This document shows, piece after piece, positions 20,297-35,628 of a stretch of 64,000 bases of DNA. Each line of letters begins with the position of its first letter. The stretch's first letter is position 1. The notes below the pieces were generated by a model. That model had not been told where the DNA came from. It did no database searches and saw nothing but the letters and a program-made list of their open reading frames with translations. A program made the translations under genes and the position numbers. The stretch is from Lingula anatina (taxonomy: Eukaryota > Animalia > Brachiopoda): NCBI GenBank assembly GCA_051362555.1, contig CM120640.1, positions 25,840,225-25,904,224 of the forward strand. Direction: 5' to 3'.

Positions 20297-22118
20297 TTAC
20301 ACCAGAGTGGATAATTCACTCCTAGTTGTGTCGGCAGTGGATTGTCCATTTAATTGGTCATTTTTTTGTTTGTTATGTTTGAAGTCAAATACAGGCAGGT
20401 TCTTGTTTCCTCGCTCTTTCTCCACCCGCCAGTAGTAAGTATTCTGTATCACTGCTATAACACAGAATATGAATCCAACTCCTAGAATGGCAGTTGAGAT
20501 GATGGCAGGAGTTACTTGAAATTCCATCACCATGAATAGCAGAATCACTAAAAGAAAGGAAATCTACAACTAATGATGTCGTTATGTGGAAAAATAATAC
20601 ATAAGCATTGTAAAATGCATATATATAAAACACAAAAATTATGCTCAGTTTGCTGGGAAACCAATATATAGTGGAGTGATAAGTAAATATTTGAAATAGA
20701 TAACATTTATGAAAGGATCTGAATCAATCAATATCACATAGGCAATTCTTGGAGTTTTCAATGGTGAGGAGATGATATTTATGTGAAGTATATGACCCTA
20801 CTGTATCAAACTAAAGCCATAGCAACAGTGAACTCAAAGAATCCTTATAATCTTGTGATTTCTATTCCGTGACACCTTATGTATTTGGAACCACTTGTGT
20901 AAAAAAAAAGAACAATATGTTAACTTTTTAGTGCTTTCTAAAATGCAGCTAGGCTGTTGAAATGTCAAATAAGGCATAGAAACAAAAGGTGCACCAGGTC
21001 AAAAACCTGTGGACAGTTAATCCCTGCAACACTCCCGTTTTATCCTCTTTTGAAGGCTACCTACAATGATTAAAAATGATGACTTTTAACACTCTTAATG
21101 GATCTGTAACTGCAACCTACCCAACTTACCTAAAATATATGCAGGGATGGAAATGAAGAAGCCAGAAGCTGAAATGAATCTCGTTGCAGCAGATTCTTTC
21201 AAATACTTAAATGCCCTGAAACAAGAGATAAAATAGCTGCAACATTATTCCATGAAGTGAAGTATTTCAATCTCTATTATAGAAATATAAGACCATTATT
21301 TCATCTTTTCTATGTGCATGTTTTTAAATAAGAAGGAAAGGTGAGAAAAAGAAATAACATATTCCAAATATATGATTTAATGATGAAAAAGTGTGATCGA
21401 ACTGAAAACCTTCCAAACAACACATTTCAGCAGCTTTTCATGGTCCCCACATAGCTAACGTCTGGTGGTATTGAAATACATGTCAATTAATTTTAGGCTT
21501 CAAATTCAAAACAGACATACAATCATAGTGGTTACAGGTTTTGTACTTGGTTATGAAACACTTCAAACGTTATCATTACTATGTAAAAGAAGTTAAAATT
21601 TAGGGACCTCACCTTTCTTCCCCCTGTGGCACCTTGAGTATCTTGGCAACAAAGAAACACTGGAGAGAACACACGATGAGGCAACAGAAATTGAGCATCA
21701 CTACAAAAGCAGACAGTGCCACAGCCACCTCTAGAATACTTTCATAAGCATCGTCCTGACGCAGCATTGTACCATTATTTCGAGATTTTGTATTTTGCTT
21801 TGCAGTCAGTGTCATAATCATCTGTACGCCTAATATTGCTAAAACAGTAGATAAGACTGCTAGTAAAGCTAGGCTTGCCAGAGACTTCTGCACTCCGTAA
21901 TCCTTGCCATACAGGGAAAGTTTTGAGAGATTTAGACTCCTCCGTGACATATTTAAACTGTGCTTTGATTGACTCAAATGATGCTTAGAAAAATTAATCC
22001 CACCATTCTGTTTGTAAGTGGGAGTTCTTGAAGCAGTGTCAAATGTGCGCATGCTTGTGTCGCGCAGATCATTTGGACTGTCATCAGGGTAATAGCCATA
22101 GTTTCTGTACTCAAACAT
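20297..22118 (-). CDS. TMEM221: TMEM221 / Jiraiya-family four-transmembrane protein, 3 coding exons, ~280 aa
   Basis: Exons 22118-21613, 21215-21130 and 20547-20297 (843 nt, phases 2/1). Four hydrophobic helices: LALLAVLSTVLAILGVQMI, VAVALSAFVVMLNFCCLIVCSL, FISASGFFISIPAYILVILLFMVMEF, AIISTAILGVGFIFCVIAV. The pattern follows recalled TMEM221 (LLGIAAAVLAALGAQLL / LAALVLVLGFTCLLLAAL / GLFCCGISVYL / AAAASILGSG). Confidence 0.78.
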
Positions 22119-25100
22119 TGTGATTTAGTGGAATTTAAAGCCAATATTCCAGAGGCAATGGGACCCGGAACCTCATTAAATGGTAGTAAATCCAATTTCT
22201 TTTCCCAGAAACTTCTGCAGCACAATGCTGTATGCTTACTTATGTCCCTAGAGGCAACTTTAAATCTGCTTTGGAAACAAATGCCTTTAGGATGCCCTTG
22301 CTTCACTTTGAATTAACTCTTCTATATAAAGGTGATGGTACTTTGTTCCACAGTGGTGGTTGCTCAGTTCACATTGCATGAAGAAGTCTTAAATGTTCAA
22401 ATGGCAATCATGGAGATGCAATTCCACCTCGAAAACCTGTAAATGCAAGCAAATAACAATCATTAATCAACCTACTTGACATAAATCTTATCAATGAATG
22501 GTGACTACTATCTGTTACTCAGTAAAAGTATTGTATAAATTAAACAACATGAAAAATGTTTTTGTTCTAACATCACAGACAGCAAATTCAGCATATAAAG
22601 CCTAATGTGTTTCACTGTTGACTTGGACTGTAACTTGACACATTGTACGTACACCAAATGGCACCTTCACCATTCAGCAGCCACCAGTGCATTTTACTAT
22701 GTGTTAAGCCAACTCTCCCCTTGAGACAGCAATTATAAAAGATGAAGTTGACCCAAAGCCCCTTGTATTGACTATCTTGTCATGTTGGTGTAAATACCCC
22801 AGATATAACCCCAGTGCTCCTCACACTCCTTACTACAAGGATCAAAGAACACAGTCAAGAAGCCTACAAGCATGACTTTCTAGGGTGCAAAACGCCTGCT
22901 ACATTACACTACCCTCTTCAAGGTGACAAGAAATCAGTTCAGTTCAGATATTGAGAAGAAAGACGGAATGTCAAATAAATCAGAAATGCTTGGTTTAGTC
23001 TTCTGACACATTGAGCATACTGCATGCATGGGGTTAACCAACTTCACTGTTAAGCATGTCAAAAAGATGCTTTTATGTGTCATATTACACAACATTTAAT
23101 TCGGGATATAAAACTTGGATTTTTTTTTTTTCAAATTGACAGATTAATGTAGGTAGGAGACTGCTGCCAACCATTGCTTCTGCTGGCCTGTTTGTTAGAC
23201 CTTCCAGAACTGGAATGACATAGAATAAATCCACTTATAGTTTAAGAATTCAGACTTCAACCCCTTACATATTTCTCTTTGAAAATAAGCACTAAAGATA
23301 TTGCTTACACCCATCAATGTGTGTCAACTCTTCACACCCTCAAACAATCTAATACCAGGTTAAAACTGGCAATGTCTCAAAGATCTTATGCTCTAGCTAT
23401 TCATTGAATACATTTTTGAAAATATCCTGTTACGCTGCATACGTATATGCACTTACTGAATTTCATGAACCTGCTGTTTGGGTTATTTCTGTGAAACTTC
23501 AGGCACCTGTCTGAGTTCCATCTTCGTGCCCCTTGTGATACAATGATAAAATTGTTTTATCACCTTCACACTGCCATTTACCACCTAGGGGTTGGATGTT
23601 AAGTTGGAACCTGTACAATTTTATGTCAAAGTCTATTAACTATAAGCCACATAATTAAAGTAATAAACCTTAGTTGTGTCATTAGTGTCACAGCAAGATG
23701 GTTCTTCTGTAAAATGGAAGGTTTTAGTAGTTAGTGGCTTGAAGCATGGTACAGGTACCATGAACTGTGAATTTACATGTACAATCTTCACACAGTTATT
23801 TTTATTCCAATATATCCAGCCCACCTCAAACCTCCGAACTTCAGCTGATTGTCAAAATATGCCAATCACAGCTTCTTATTCGATTCTTTGAATCGGTTAT
23901 TTCCATATATGGTAATGATACGGTTAAGTGCTAAATAGACTAAAAAGACTTCTGAAGTGTACAGTCCAGATTTAAGCTGCTAATTTGGGGAACAACTAGT
24001 CATGGTACTGAGTTTGTTTTTTAAAAAAATATCAAACTGAGTTAATTAGCATTGCTGACATACATTGTCAATATTTGCAATCCATCCGTGACACATCTCT
24101 GCATCTTACAAAGAATAAGCTCAAGTTTGACAGAAGTAATTCAGGAAAATTTTTCACTTGCAGCTGACGTGAACACAAAGTTAACACAATGTACCACCAG
24201 TTCACACTTTTAATATTAAAAACCTGGTCTTGTCATGGATACCATAGTTCTGAGCTGTTATAGAAATGGTTTCTAACATTTCTTCCACTGTGGTCAGTCT
24301 GACTCAACACTTTCAAGTTATTCTGTCACTAACAATCTGTTATACAGCATAACTTCATTGTTAGATATAAATAAGTAATCATTTTCTTCTAATTGATTAC
24401 AATTTGTACATGCTGCAGGAAATTATGAATAATTACAATGTCTAACTATAGGAGGCTATTGTTCTGTTGTCACAATGAAATGTGTCACTAACAGATGCCA
24501 GGTTTGGCCAATACTTGGCTGCTGACTTCATAAAACTTTGTGGAAAAATACACATAGCTTAAATTTTTATTAAAAGCTTTCTGTGACATACTGGTGAGAC
24601 AGTGGAACAGGTTCTCATTAAATAGCACATTCAGTGGACTAATTCATTTGCATAACTATTTCACAAAATTAGTTTATAGAAGAAAATTGTGAGTTAAAAT
24701 ATTTTGCATTTATCTATGAAATAAAACAAAACTGAAACCAGTGAGTGATTTCATACATGTTTTGTAAAGCCTCTAATGAAAATGTTATCTTTCTGATAGC
24801 CAAGACTAAAGGGATATATGCTCATATGTTTCCTTTATCTTTTTCCCATCCTTGGTTTGAATTTTAAATGTTTGAGAATATGCTATTATATATTCATATA
24901 AAAGATCAAATATTACAGATTTTGACTTTAAAAATATTTAGTAATTTGTTTTTATAAAATTGCCAAAAATGTACATTTTTTGTGTTAAAAAAATTAAACA
25001 CTGTCCTTCATTTTAATCTGAGAAAACACAATGGTATGGAGGTTTAATTTTGACCATTCTAGGATAAGAAATGAACAGAAGGTAACTGATTCAGCTGTCC

Positions 25101-28100
25101 TTTGTTGGTGTTTAGTAAAAGTAGTGGACAGAAGTGCCTGCTGGTCCTTTCTAATAAAACAACTCTTTCTAACGTGATTAATCTTATTGAGAGAACCATC
25201 TGGTAAAATAGGTGGACCTTAAACAGGCAGGTGGGACAATGAATAATGGTTCAAGATTTAAGATCTTTCTGATATTGTGTTAAAGCTAAAAACATGAAAA
25301 TGAACTTCGGATTTATTGTATTTTCTTGACATAACTAATTTAAACATTTATCAAAATGAATGTTGAATTTTTCTAAATCCTCAATAGCAGATTAATTGTT
25401 CTGATTGGAAATTTTCACCTTATGGCTGATGGATTTTTTGACAGCATGAGGGAATAAAGATAGCATAAAGTCTCTTCTGTAGAATTAGTGTAATGCCCAT
25501 GCACTGAGCTAGATTTCAGCAAATTACTGTCATTCTACTAAAGTACATTTAATGCTAGGATTCATCACCCCACCAAGTCTGTCCTTAGGTACAAATCTTT
25601 ATTAATCCCACCACTCTCTTTTTAATATCCATAATCCCTCACATTACCTGTAAGCTCCCACATATGCTGCCTTCTAAAGATATTCTGCAAAACACTGCTA
25701 GTGTTGAATTTCTCTTCAATCTTAATTTGCATATCACAATATCTCTCCCTAAATGCAGCCTAAGATACTGGCACCCCAGGTAAGGTTCATTGATAATACC
25801 TGGCAGATATAAGGTTACAAGAACTGAGCATACCTTAAATGCAGTGAGTGAGAGTGTAAACTGCAAATATATAATACAAGTTCTGCTGATCAAAACTGGG
25901 ATTATGCAAGCTTTATGTGTATGGATCTATTACTCAAGGAGCAAGAAAGGCATAACATTGCTTACTCAAAGCAGCCAAGCTTGTTTTAACAGAGAAACCA
26001 TTATTGCCCTCATAACTGACAGATTTCTACACTACTTCACTTTATGCCAATGATTGTAAAGATAATAACGCAATTTTTAGAAAGTACACTGCCATTGTAC
26101 TGATGTTTTCATTTCTTGATATCCTTGCCCATATACATTTCATCAGGAACAGGTGAGTAAATTTAGGCATTTGACACATTTGATAACGATGACTTAAATT
26201 TTCAAAAATGATATCTTTTTGAAATACCGTAAAATATTGATGCTCCTTATATGTTATTTTGGTGTATTGTCTCTCAACATCAAAAATAAAAAACAAAATA
26301 TCTAAAATTATGATAAAAGATTAAAAATAAGATTTTTTTTTACATATTTTACCAGACTATACTTGTCCTCATACATTTTCATAATCTTTTTATATTGTTA
26401 CATTGAAACTTTTTCTTTCTTTTACAATTTTTAAAACTGACATCTGTAAAAAAAATATATTTGAAAAGGAACAATATTTCCAATAAAAATTTTTTAAAAA
26501 CATACTAATTTTAAAAAGTTGCATTTTAAACCTGGAAATCACACATGTGATTGTATCTATCTTATACATACCTTGTTTGGACCCTGTCAGTCACACACAA
26601 CTACATCCAAGTCTTCCCTGGCTGGAATAATTACTTTGCAGTCTCTTTTTCAGGTGAATATGCTTACAACTGCCTACAAAAAGATCAAATAAGAGCTGAA
26701 TAATACTTCACCTCCCATCAGCAATGGCTTTGGTATTTCTTACAATTCCTCTGATTGCCACCCTGAGTCTTGCGACCCCTGTAGATTCACTGGATGAAAA
26801 GATCTAAATGTTGGGGGTAGCCCAGTGTCGTGTGTGCTCCAATACAGGGCAAGCAATTACCATATGTCATTGAGGCAGTATTTGTGATTTCCTTATGTAC
26901 ATAAAATTCCAAAATCAATGCAGCGCACTGCAAATACGCCAACTGCCAATGTGTTAAAATAATTGATCTGCTAAAGTTTTCAAAATGTTGTTTGGTTATT
27001 TTCTCACTACTTTTTTTGCATAGATGAATCATTCAATAATGGCTTCTCTTGAAATGGGTCAATGACTTTTTGTAAAAGACTTTTAAATTTTAACATGAAA
27101 CATGTTGGCATACAGCCTATCCGTTTCATGGGCACTTGCATCACTTTACAGTTATATATAGGTAAGGAACAACTTGCCTGGATTTTATCATGCAATTAAA
27201 GAAGACCAAGTATGTCCAGACTGAAACTGCATTAGTTTCAAAAGTGAAACCATAAAAGCATCAACCTATCCAACCTTACCTCAAGAACTCCCCAAATGTG
27301 TGAAAATAATTTTCGAAAATTTTCCTTAAAACACACACCAAAAGGTCTGCTTATTAGTATCAAGCCTTTGAAAAAATATGACTTTTGACTGGCTAACCTG
27401 TATAACAAACAAGCCAAACAAAAGTTTCTGTATGCTGCGACCAGTGGTGTGTGCCCCATTGCAGCCTGACCAATGCACAGCCAGGTGCATAAACATTGAT
27501 TTTTTGACACGAAAATATTTCTCCCAGAGGGCGAGTGCAGCCACCTGGCTACTGCTTCCAACCTTGGAATTTAGCAAATAATCTAATCCAATAAATGACT
27601 TACCTGAAATCAACACACACTATACCATGCTGGTGTAAATCCTTTGCTGATACAAATTGCCATGGATGGATGATATAATAAAACTATTTTCCATGCATGT
27701 AGCATCAAGCTTTCTTGATAACATGGATTGTTGTACTTGTACTTCGAATCTTAATCCACTGAGAAGGATGTTCAACCTGGTTTCTAGAATACTCTTAGCT
27801 GTAACCACCTTTTCAACTAACAGCCAGTAAATCATTTTTACTTACAAATGTCCAACTGACCTTACCTTTTGCCATGCAGCCCTGACCACTACTGCACTTG
27901 TATGTTTTGCAAAAGTCAGGTATGCTAACAATGTGCCCCTCTCCCTAACATGCATTTTCAGATATTGCACTGTACGTGACCATACCATTTTTCTATGGTG
28001 GTAACTGACCAAGGGTGTTCTGCACATTCAAACAGCCTCAGGTCACAGGTAACACAATGTCATCAAGCAAGCAGAAAACTTTAGATTGTGCCATACAATA

Positions 28101-31100
28101 CTTCAGGCTGGGTCAAGACCATAGAAAAGTCCAGTTCCTTTCCTCTTTTCCTTCAAATTGTTCTAATAATGAGTTAATTTCCCAGTCTGCTTGTGTTCAC
28201 TTAGACTTTGATTGTGCGCCCAGGTGTGCAACAAAAAGTGGATGTAAAGATGTGAGATATACTGCAACAGCACGAGAGTTGTTCATATCAATTGTGCTGT
28301 TACTGTTGAGTTACACAGAACACCCAGTTTATTATCTGTATTATCCTTGGTGAAATTCTAAAATACAATATCCTATATAAACTTCAGACACAGTAATAAT
28401 CTAAAATTATATACAAATAAACTATTGAACAAATTCATCACTGCAACATTTAGCAAATGAATGACTTATACTCACTGGCAAAATAATACCATTTGTACAC
28501 AATGTAGTAAAATGGTTTCATAGTGATTTCAACAAATACAAGCCAGGCGTATAATATTTTGTTAATAATTCAAACACTTCTTTTAATTACCACTGTAGCC
28601 TTGTGTAACATTATTGTTGATAAACACAGCCCAAGCCAGCACTGTTGACAGACTTAATTCTTCCTCCCCAAATTCACACTCACCTGCAATATTATATCAT
28701 TTTAACAGGTCTGTATACTGTACCTTTCAAACTCTTGACATGTACAAGGAATACATTTTAGCATCTGTGGACAGCACAGCAAAAGGTAACCCTACTTGAA
28801 AAGTTTCAAACTATACACACTTTTAAAACAAAGTACGTTTCTGCTAAACTTTTAAAAAGCAAAGCCATGTATTTTGCATGCTATACTTACCATGTGCCGA
28901 CTTCCACTGGATAAGATCATTAGTACCTGTAAATATTTATTCACCACTGGCTAATGCCTGGCTCCACTCTAAAATTACATACCTGGATGAAAGGCTATAA
29001 AATGTCAAAATCCTAGATTAACATCTCACTGGGGGTAGTCCTTACCGAAGGACTAAGATTAGCTCAGGTATGCTCACTTACAATATTAGGTAAAGTAGGA
29101 AGCATTCTATTAGTTGAAATAAAGCAAGTTACAGGAAATGGAATTCCAATATTTCTATGGGCCACTGACTTATATCAAGTTGACACAGTTACTGGAAATG
29201 AATTTTGACACCCTTCAGTTTGCATAATTGGACATGGATCAGCGAATAAATTGTTTCTTCTCAGTGTGTGTTTGTGTGTCTGTGGTTTTTATTTTTTCTT
29301 TCTTTTTTTTTTTTTTTTTTTTTGGCTCACACTTTACTTCACCCTCCATCTTTAAGTTGGAATTTTCTTCACTTCAGTGCTGCATTGAAAAGGTCTGTAT
29401 CAGGTTTTGTTCATTTGAAGTAAGCACATTTTGCACAGGTCTTTTATTCAGGGGAATGAACACAGAGTATGTGCATTAGATATAAATAAACAGAGAATTG
29501 TAAAGGTGAGCCTTGTGGCTATTGGTGTGGAATGTTGATAGACGCACAGATAGAGACAAGCTCAATGAAATAAGCGAATAATGAGAGCGTGCACAGAGAA
29601 CTGAACTAACACTCTGGCTTGAATTCTGTGTTCAAATTGAGTGCCTTCTGACAATAGTTCCCAAACCTGCTGTGACCTAAGCATGCACGGGCATATCCTA
29701 TCAACACCTATGGTTAAACAGAATATAAATACTTTTGGTCATGGTCAAACAACAACTTATTATTTTTAAAGGAAGGAAATTCACCAAAAACATAAAATAC
29801 ACCATGCAAGAAAAATGATCCCAATTAAAAAGAAAACGTTCTATTCATTCAGCAACAAAGTGCCACACGCACAATGCTAAATGTCTTTCTTTTCTTTATA
29901 ATGCACGAATGAGGGATTTTTTCTTTCACTTCCTGTCAATTGATATTTGTATTTCTTGTTTTTCTCTTCTTTTTCTGAAGCCATTTCATGTTATGCATAA
30001 CCCCCTGATCTTCTGAACAATAATAACCCTGTGGATGAAAAGGTATCAAACAACATAGAAAATTCTTTTCACAGATACTGTCTAGTGTAACATAAAGAAA
30101 TAATATTGGGACTAGATCTGGTTGGAAGTAGTTTGCCTCGTGTCATATGAAGGTTAGTTGACTTAGTCACTGTTAAAAAACCAAAGCAACTGACTATTCA
30201 TCCCAAGATGTCTGCTGAAAACAAATTGAAGAAAAACAAAACCAGAGTCTGAAAATCGTCTGTTAATTCCTTGCAACAGAACGGTTTCTCATGGAAACTA
30301 TTTCATACTAGTTGGATCTTCATATATTAAATCAAGTTTACGCAGTAAGCAATCAGCTTCAAGTACCTGCATCTGCCAAGTTTGCCCCAAATTTGACAGA
30401 CAGGTTATATTAATTTTCTTCCATCTCCATCTCTAGTGACATAAACAGAAAATATCGTTAAAAGGTCTATCAGTTTGTATAGGCCTATCCTATGTTTTTT
30501 TCCTCTTTTTATTTTGCTTGAAGCTGAACTATTGACAACAGTTATTTATCATGCACATTTCAAACCAAAAACTGCAAACATTTTAAATAAGTCATGTAAT
30601 CATGTCAATTTCCCAAGGAGACAACTTTGTAATTTAGTAATTCAGCAAAGGAGTGGTTTTGACTAATTTAAAAATTAAAGAACTGCTAGACTCATGCAAT
30701 GCAAATAAAAATGTTCACATTTTTAAACTCATAGCATCATTTCCAACATACCCCCATCATATAATTTTAATGATCCAGACTTAGGCAACTAAATGTTAAC
30801 TTGGAAATGCATTAGATGGACTGCCAACAGTACACCAACAGCAATAAAATCACAATGGGAAATCTAGGAATTACTTCACAATGCTAACTCCAGTTCTTAG
30901 ATAATTTGGATATCACAAATAAGATATTTGCATACAATTTACAATCATTTAAAGGAAAAGGATACATGTTCAGCATAACAAAGAAATTAATGTAAGTTAC
31001 ATTATGGTAGTTTTATGATGGACAGAATAATTGCATCTCTCAACCAAAAAGATTTAAGAATATTTTAGTGTTTCTCATTATTTTTAATTTAATAATAATA

Positions 31101-33620
31101 ATAATAATAATAATTGATAAACAAGGAAGTAAAGCTGTCAAATATACAGACAAAAAGCTGAAAATGACATGTATTTCAGTAAGATTGATCACTCCTGTGA
31201 GTTTAAAAAAAATAGGCCTATCAGGTTTGAAAAGTTTTATCAGTATTGCATATATGTTGGAAAAAATGCTGATTTTCATCAGTTATGTAAGTTTGTAGAC
31301 ACAAAGTAAAATATTTTTCCACTATGTGTTATCAATGAAAGTGCATAGTGAGGGCAAAGGGGACAGGGATGACAGACACAGGTGATGATTATATGTACAG
31401 ACACATCTGTGTTTGTACATAAAAAAATAACTGTTGGAGAAGGGCATATCAACATCCATTAAATGATATTTCACTACCTGCTACTCAATAATATTGCCTC
31501 TGACTCCTTTGTCTGACTGCTTTGGTTGCAGAATGAATGCTCATTGATCGGCCAGTTGTCAGCACGGAAAGTACTTTTTTTTACTCTCAAACCGGGCCAT
31601 ACTACTGGGACGCAGAGAGGATGCCTTCCAGTGTAAAGGGGGCTTAAAAGCTTCAGGGTGTCAGGAAAAAAAAAAAAAACATGCTTGTCCAAATCTTCCA
31701 ATATTGCATGTACTTATTTTAGGTCCAGACTGTAGAACTAACGTAACTTACAGCATTTCAAAATTCCCTAGTGGTAAAAAGAAACAAAATAGTCACCACA
31801 TGAGGGGTATTTTAAAATTTCTTTAATCAACAAGAGTGAAAAACAGATTACATGATTTGATTAATCTTTTGGAATATACAAATCAGAGTCTAAAGTTTTA
31901 GCAATACTGTTTTTTCTTACAAACCCTCATTTCCAGTAAGTTGTCATTAATCAGAATAACACGCAGCAGTGAAAATTGAATCCATTTTGTTTGAACACAT
32001 ATTTTAAGCTTAGACTCATACCAGTTACCAGTGCATATCTATGATGATCTTTGTTTACAACATTAAGATAAAACTTACACTATAAACCCCCTGACTGTTG
32101 TTTTCAAAACAAAGTTTTACAGTGTCTGAGTTTGACCATGGGAATGATAAAATTATGGCAGTTGGGCTAGATATTATCAAGTGCGTTAAGAGTAACTTAT
32201 GTTGGAATGAGAGAGAGAGAGTGGGGGAGAGAGTGTGTCCAGGTCAACACTGGCCTGATATTTAGGGAACCTGGTTTCATAGAGCATTCCAAATTAGAAT
32301 ATTACATAATCATTTAACATTTTACATGCCTAGTAGATACCAATATGCATATTTCATATAAGAAGAGTTACAATATATAATAATCTTTGAAAACTCTACT
32401 TCTAAATTTCCATTCAAAATGATAAAAAATGCCATTTATATAAAAGTTATCACTATAACCTGAGCAAAAAATGTGATTTAATAATGGTTTCAACAACAGT
32501 TGGGGCAAGAAATGGTTTTAATAGAAACTGACATTAATTTCCAAAAAAATATATAAAAAAAAATTGTTCATTATCTTATGAAAAATACTGTCACTTGATC
32601 ATGGTACAAGCAAATCACAATACTAATAACATCCAAAATCCAAAAATTTGAAGCTATTCTTGTATTTGCACAACATTTTTACAATGCAGAACCAATACTA
32701 CATGCATTCCTCAGTTTTCAGTTCACTACATCTTAAATTCATCATAAATCATTAAACAACATCATCTAATCTTCACTTGCACTACTTTCTGGTACTGCCT
32801 TTGATACATTAAAGTTCTGACACAATTGTTTTTTGGGCATTCCTTTGGCAATCAATTTAAAAGTCATAAGCCAGAATTAAGTCCCACCTGTACTAGTAAT
32901 ATCTTGAAAAGGATTTATTTTCATTCTTCAGCACACTTCGATACTGCTCTCAGACTCTTTTTCTATCATAATATGTGTCTTGATCCTTCCAAGGAGAGTC
33001 ATCCTAAACCTCTGAAATATGGTCATTATATTTACATCTACTGCCACTGACCACCACACCCTTCCTTGGGCCAGGCAGACCCTAATGTTGTTGCTTTAAA
33101 TTATAAACAAGATATTGAAAATCCAGCCCGATCTCTATCAAAATAGACATGACTTGTTCAAAATATGCATGTGTGGCCTTAGTTGCATGGAATGCAACCT
33201 GGTTGAAAACATAATTATAAAGTACACATTCTGTAGTGTTCCAGAGCATTTTTTTGCATTGAACACCACAGGAATGCTATAAAAGCTAGTGAGTCAAAAT
33301 TTTTATGTGCTGAAAGCAATATCATGTTGCAGTTTCAAATATAACTGTGTTGAATTATAGAATAGTAGATAATTTTCAAGAAATCAAATTTTTAACTTTG
33401 GTGCTTTTTTGAAATCCACTGTATATCTGCTGATTGCCTTTTAATAACTTATCACTTATAATATCCACTGATTGCCTTTCACCTATAAAAATCTACATAT
33501 TAAACTTTTCCATATAAATATGATAAACATGATTTCAGTGATGAATGAATCCTTTTGTTCCTATTATCTAAACATTCTTCAACAATTTGACCTTGCAGTT
33601 TTACCACACATCCAAGGAAA

Positions 33621-35547
33621 TTATTTCTTTTTCTTCTTTGATGTTATGCTCATGCCTAACTTTCTTTTGGTCTGATAATACATGTGGTGCAGCATCATTG
33701 AACCAGCTAGAAAACAAAACAAATACCATCTCAGCATTCTTATTATTTGTCAGGTATTTTTTCATAGATACCAAAGCCAAGATATTAATTTGTTTTTAGG
33801 TTTATCAATAAGCAAAGCTGAAGAGAAGAAAGTGTTCATAAATTTTGGGTAAAGTTAGTTACTTGGCAACAACAACAACAAAAAACGTGCAGTGTATCCA
33901 TTAACACAGCCATCATTTTACAACTAAGAAAACTTCTCTCCTCTGACCTGTGTACAATTTTTCAGTCTTTCAGACTGTCAGATAGTTAAGAAATTAATAA
34001 AGCAAATGAGTTAAATACAATAATTTCATAGAAATTATAAAGCACAATACATAAATGATACATACCTATGACAATTATACCTAAATATATCCACAAAAAT
34101 GTAGGAAAGTCAAAAGAACAGTTCCAAACATTTGGCAATTGCACAGAAAATGCTCCAGTTTCTTTAAAATATGGAATGGCCTTATAAATGATGACACCTG
34201 AAACAAATAAAAAAAATCCGTGCAATTGCAATTTAATCTTTCCTTATCAATGTTCGCTATTGGGTTTCAGAGTATTTATAAATTCACTAATAAACATCAC
34301 ACAAATGTTAATTTCTAGAAAAAGAGAGATCCCTTAAATTTAAAGAGCAACACTGCAAATGCAGTCAAATACATAAATACTGCAAGTGCTTACCCTCACA
34401 ACCAAAACCCACGGGATACAAAGGAATCCACAAAGTATATCTCAGCAATGTAACAATCTTCACTTCATATTCCAAAGCACTCAATATATAATACGGATAC
34501 CTGTAATGATTAAGGTTTAGAAAATTTACATGTACTGAGTATTACTATTAGGAGAAAGGAGAGTAAAATAAAAATGCAGCAAATACTATATTCAAGACTA
34601 GCTGATTCTTTTAGAAACCATCTCACATATTCATAAATGAATACCTACATTTAGAGGAAACATTATTCATTTCAGACGGTCCATGATAGATACAGAAAAT
34701 AAATAAACACAGATCTGAATGAATTAAATCTACATATGAATAACAATTAAACTGTTATGCAAAGCACTAAACACAAGGACTATCAATATAATATATTTGT
34801 TTACCTCACTATTTCTATTCCACAATAAACAACAAATAGAAGCCATACTGCTCTGCTTTCTTGTACCCTTGGCTCCTGTGCAATTACCATGAATACCACA
34901 ATGCCTCTCCCTAACACCTGTGCATATCAAGATAATTACCAATATTTTAAATACATTGATTCATAGTCTTGAGAATAAACTTAAAAAATATAGGAGATTG
35001 ATTAAATTCATTTTTCATTTTCAAAACATTCTATTGTTACACGTTCTAGAAAAAAAGTATTGCTTTACCTGCATGAGTGGAGCCATGACACCTGTTTTCA
35101 CAATACCAAGCAACGGGTTGATGATTTCTACCAAAGCTGCTATCTGACATATCATCATCTGAGCACCAACTGCACTGAATACATCAGTTTGGGATGCTAA
35201 GAGAAAGCAAAAGTCTTGTTACACTTTAGGTTACATTTAATGTTGAAATGTTTGCTTTTGCACCTCCTTTGCCTTTAGACTATTTATGTCAGATCTTTCA
35301 AATGTTCAGATCTTTTATAGTTATGCAGGTGAAAAATCTTACATCACATAAAAAAAGATACTTGTATAACTGCTCACCTTGTCCATATCTAATATATCTG
35401 ATGATGATAGCCACCATTATATAGGAGTAACCAACAAATTGAAACAAATTGTATATAAAAAGATAAATCATCTTCAAATCTCCAACAGCTGAAAGTAAAA
35501 AGTCACATATTATATAAAATATCTCGCTTTCTCTCTGTCTCTCTCTC

Positions 35548-35628
<81 letters not shown>

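Noticed and set aside
21974-22306. 110-aa ORF overlapping the TMEM221 start
   Set aside because: It starts at GTG, is out of frame and shows no recognisable motif.
22500-33500. Many short ORFs across 11 kb
   Set aside because: No domain motifs or consistent exon chain. Most likely TMEM221 5' intron(s), intergenic DNA and the HACD3 3' UTR.
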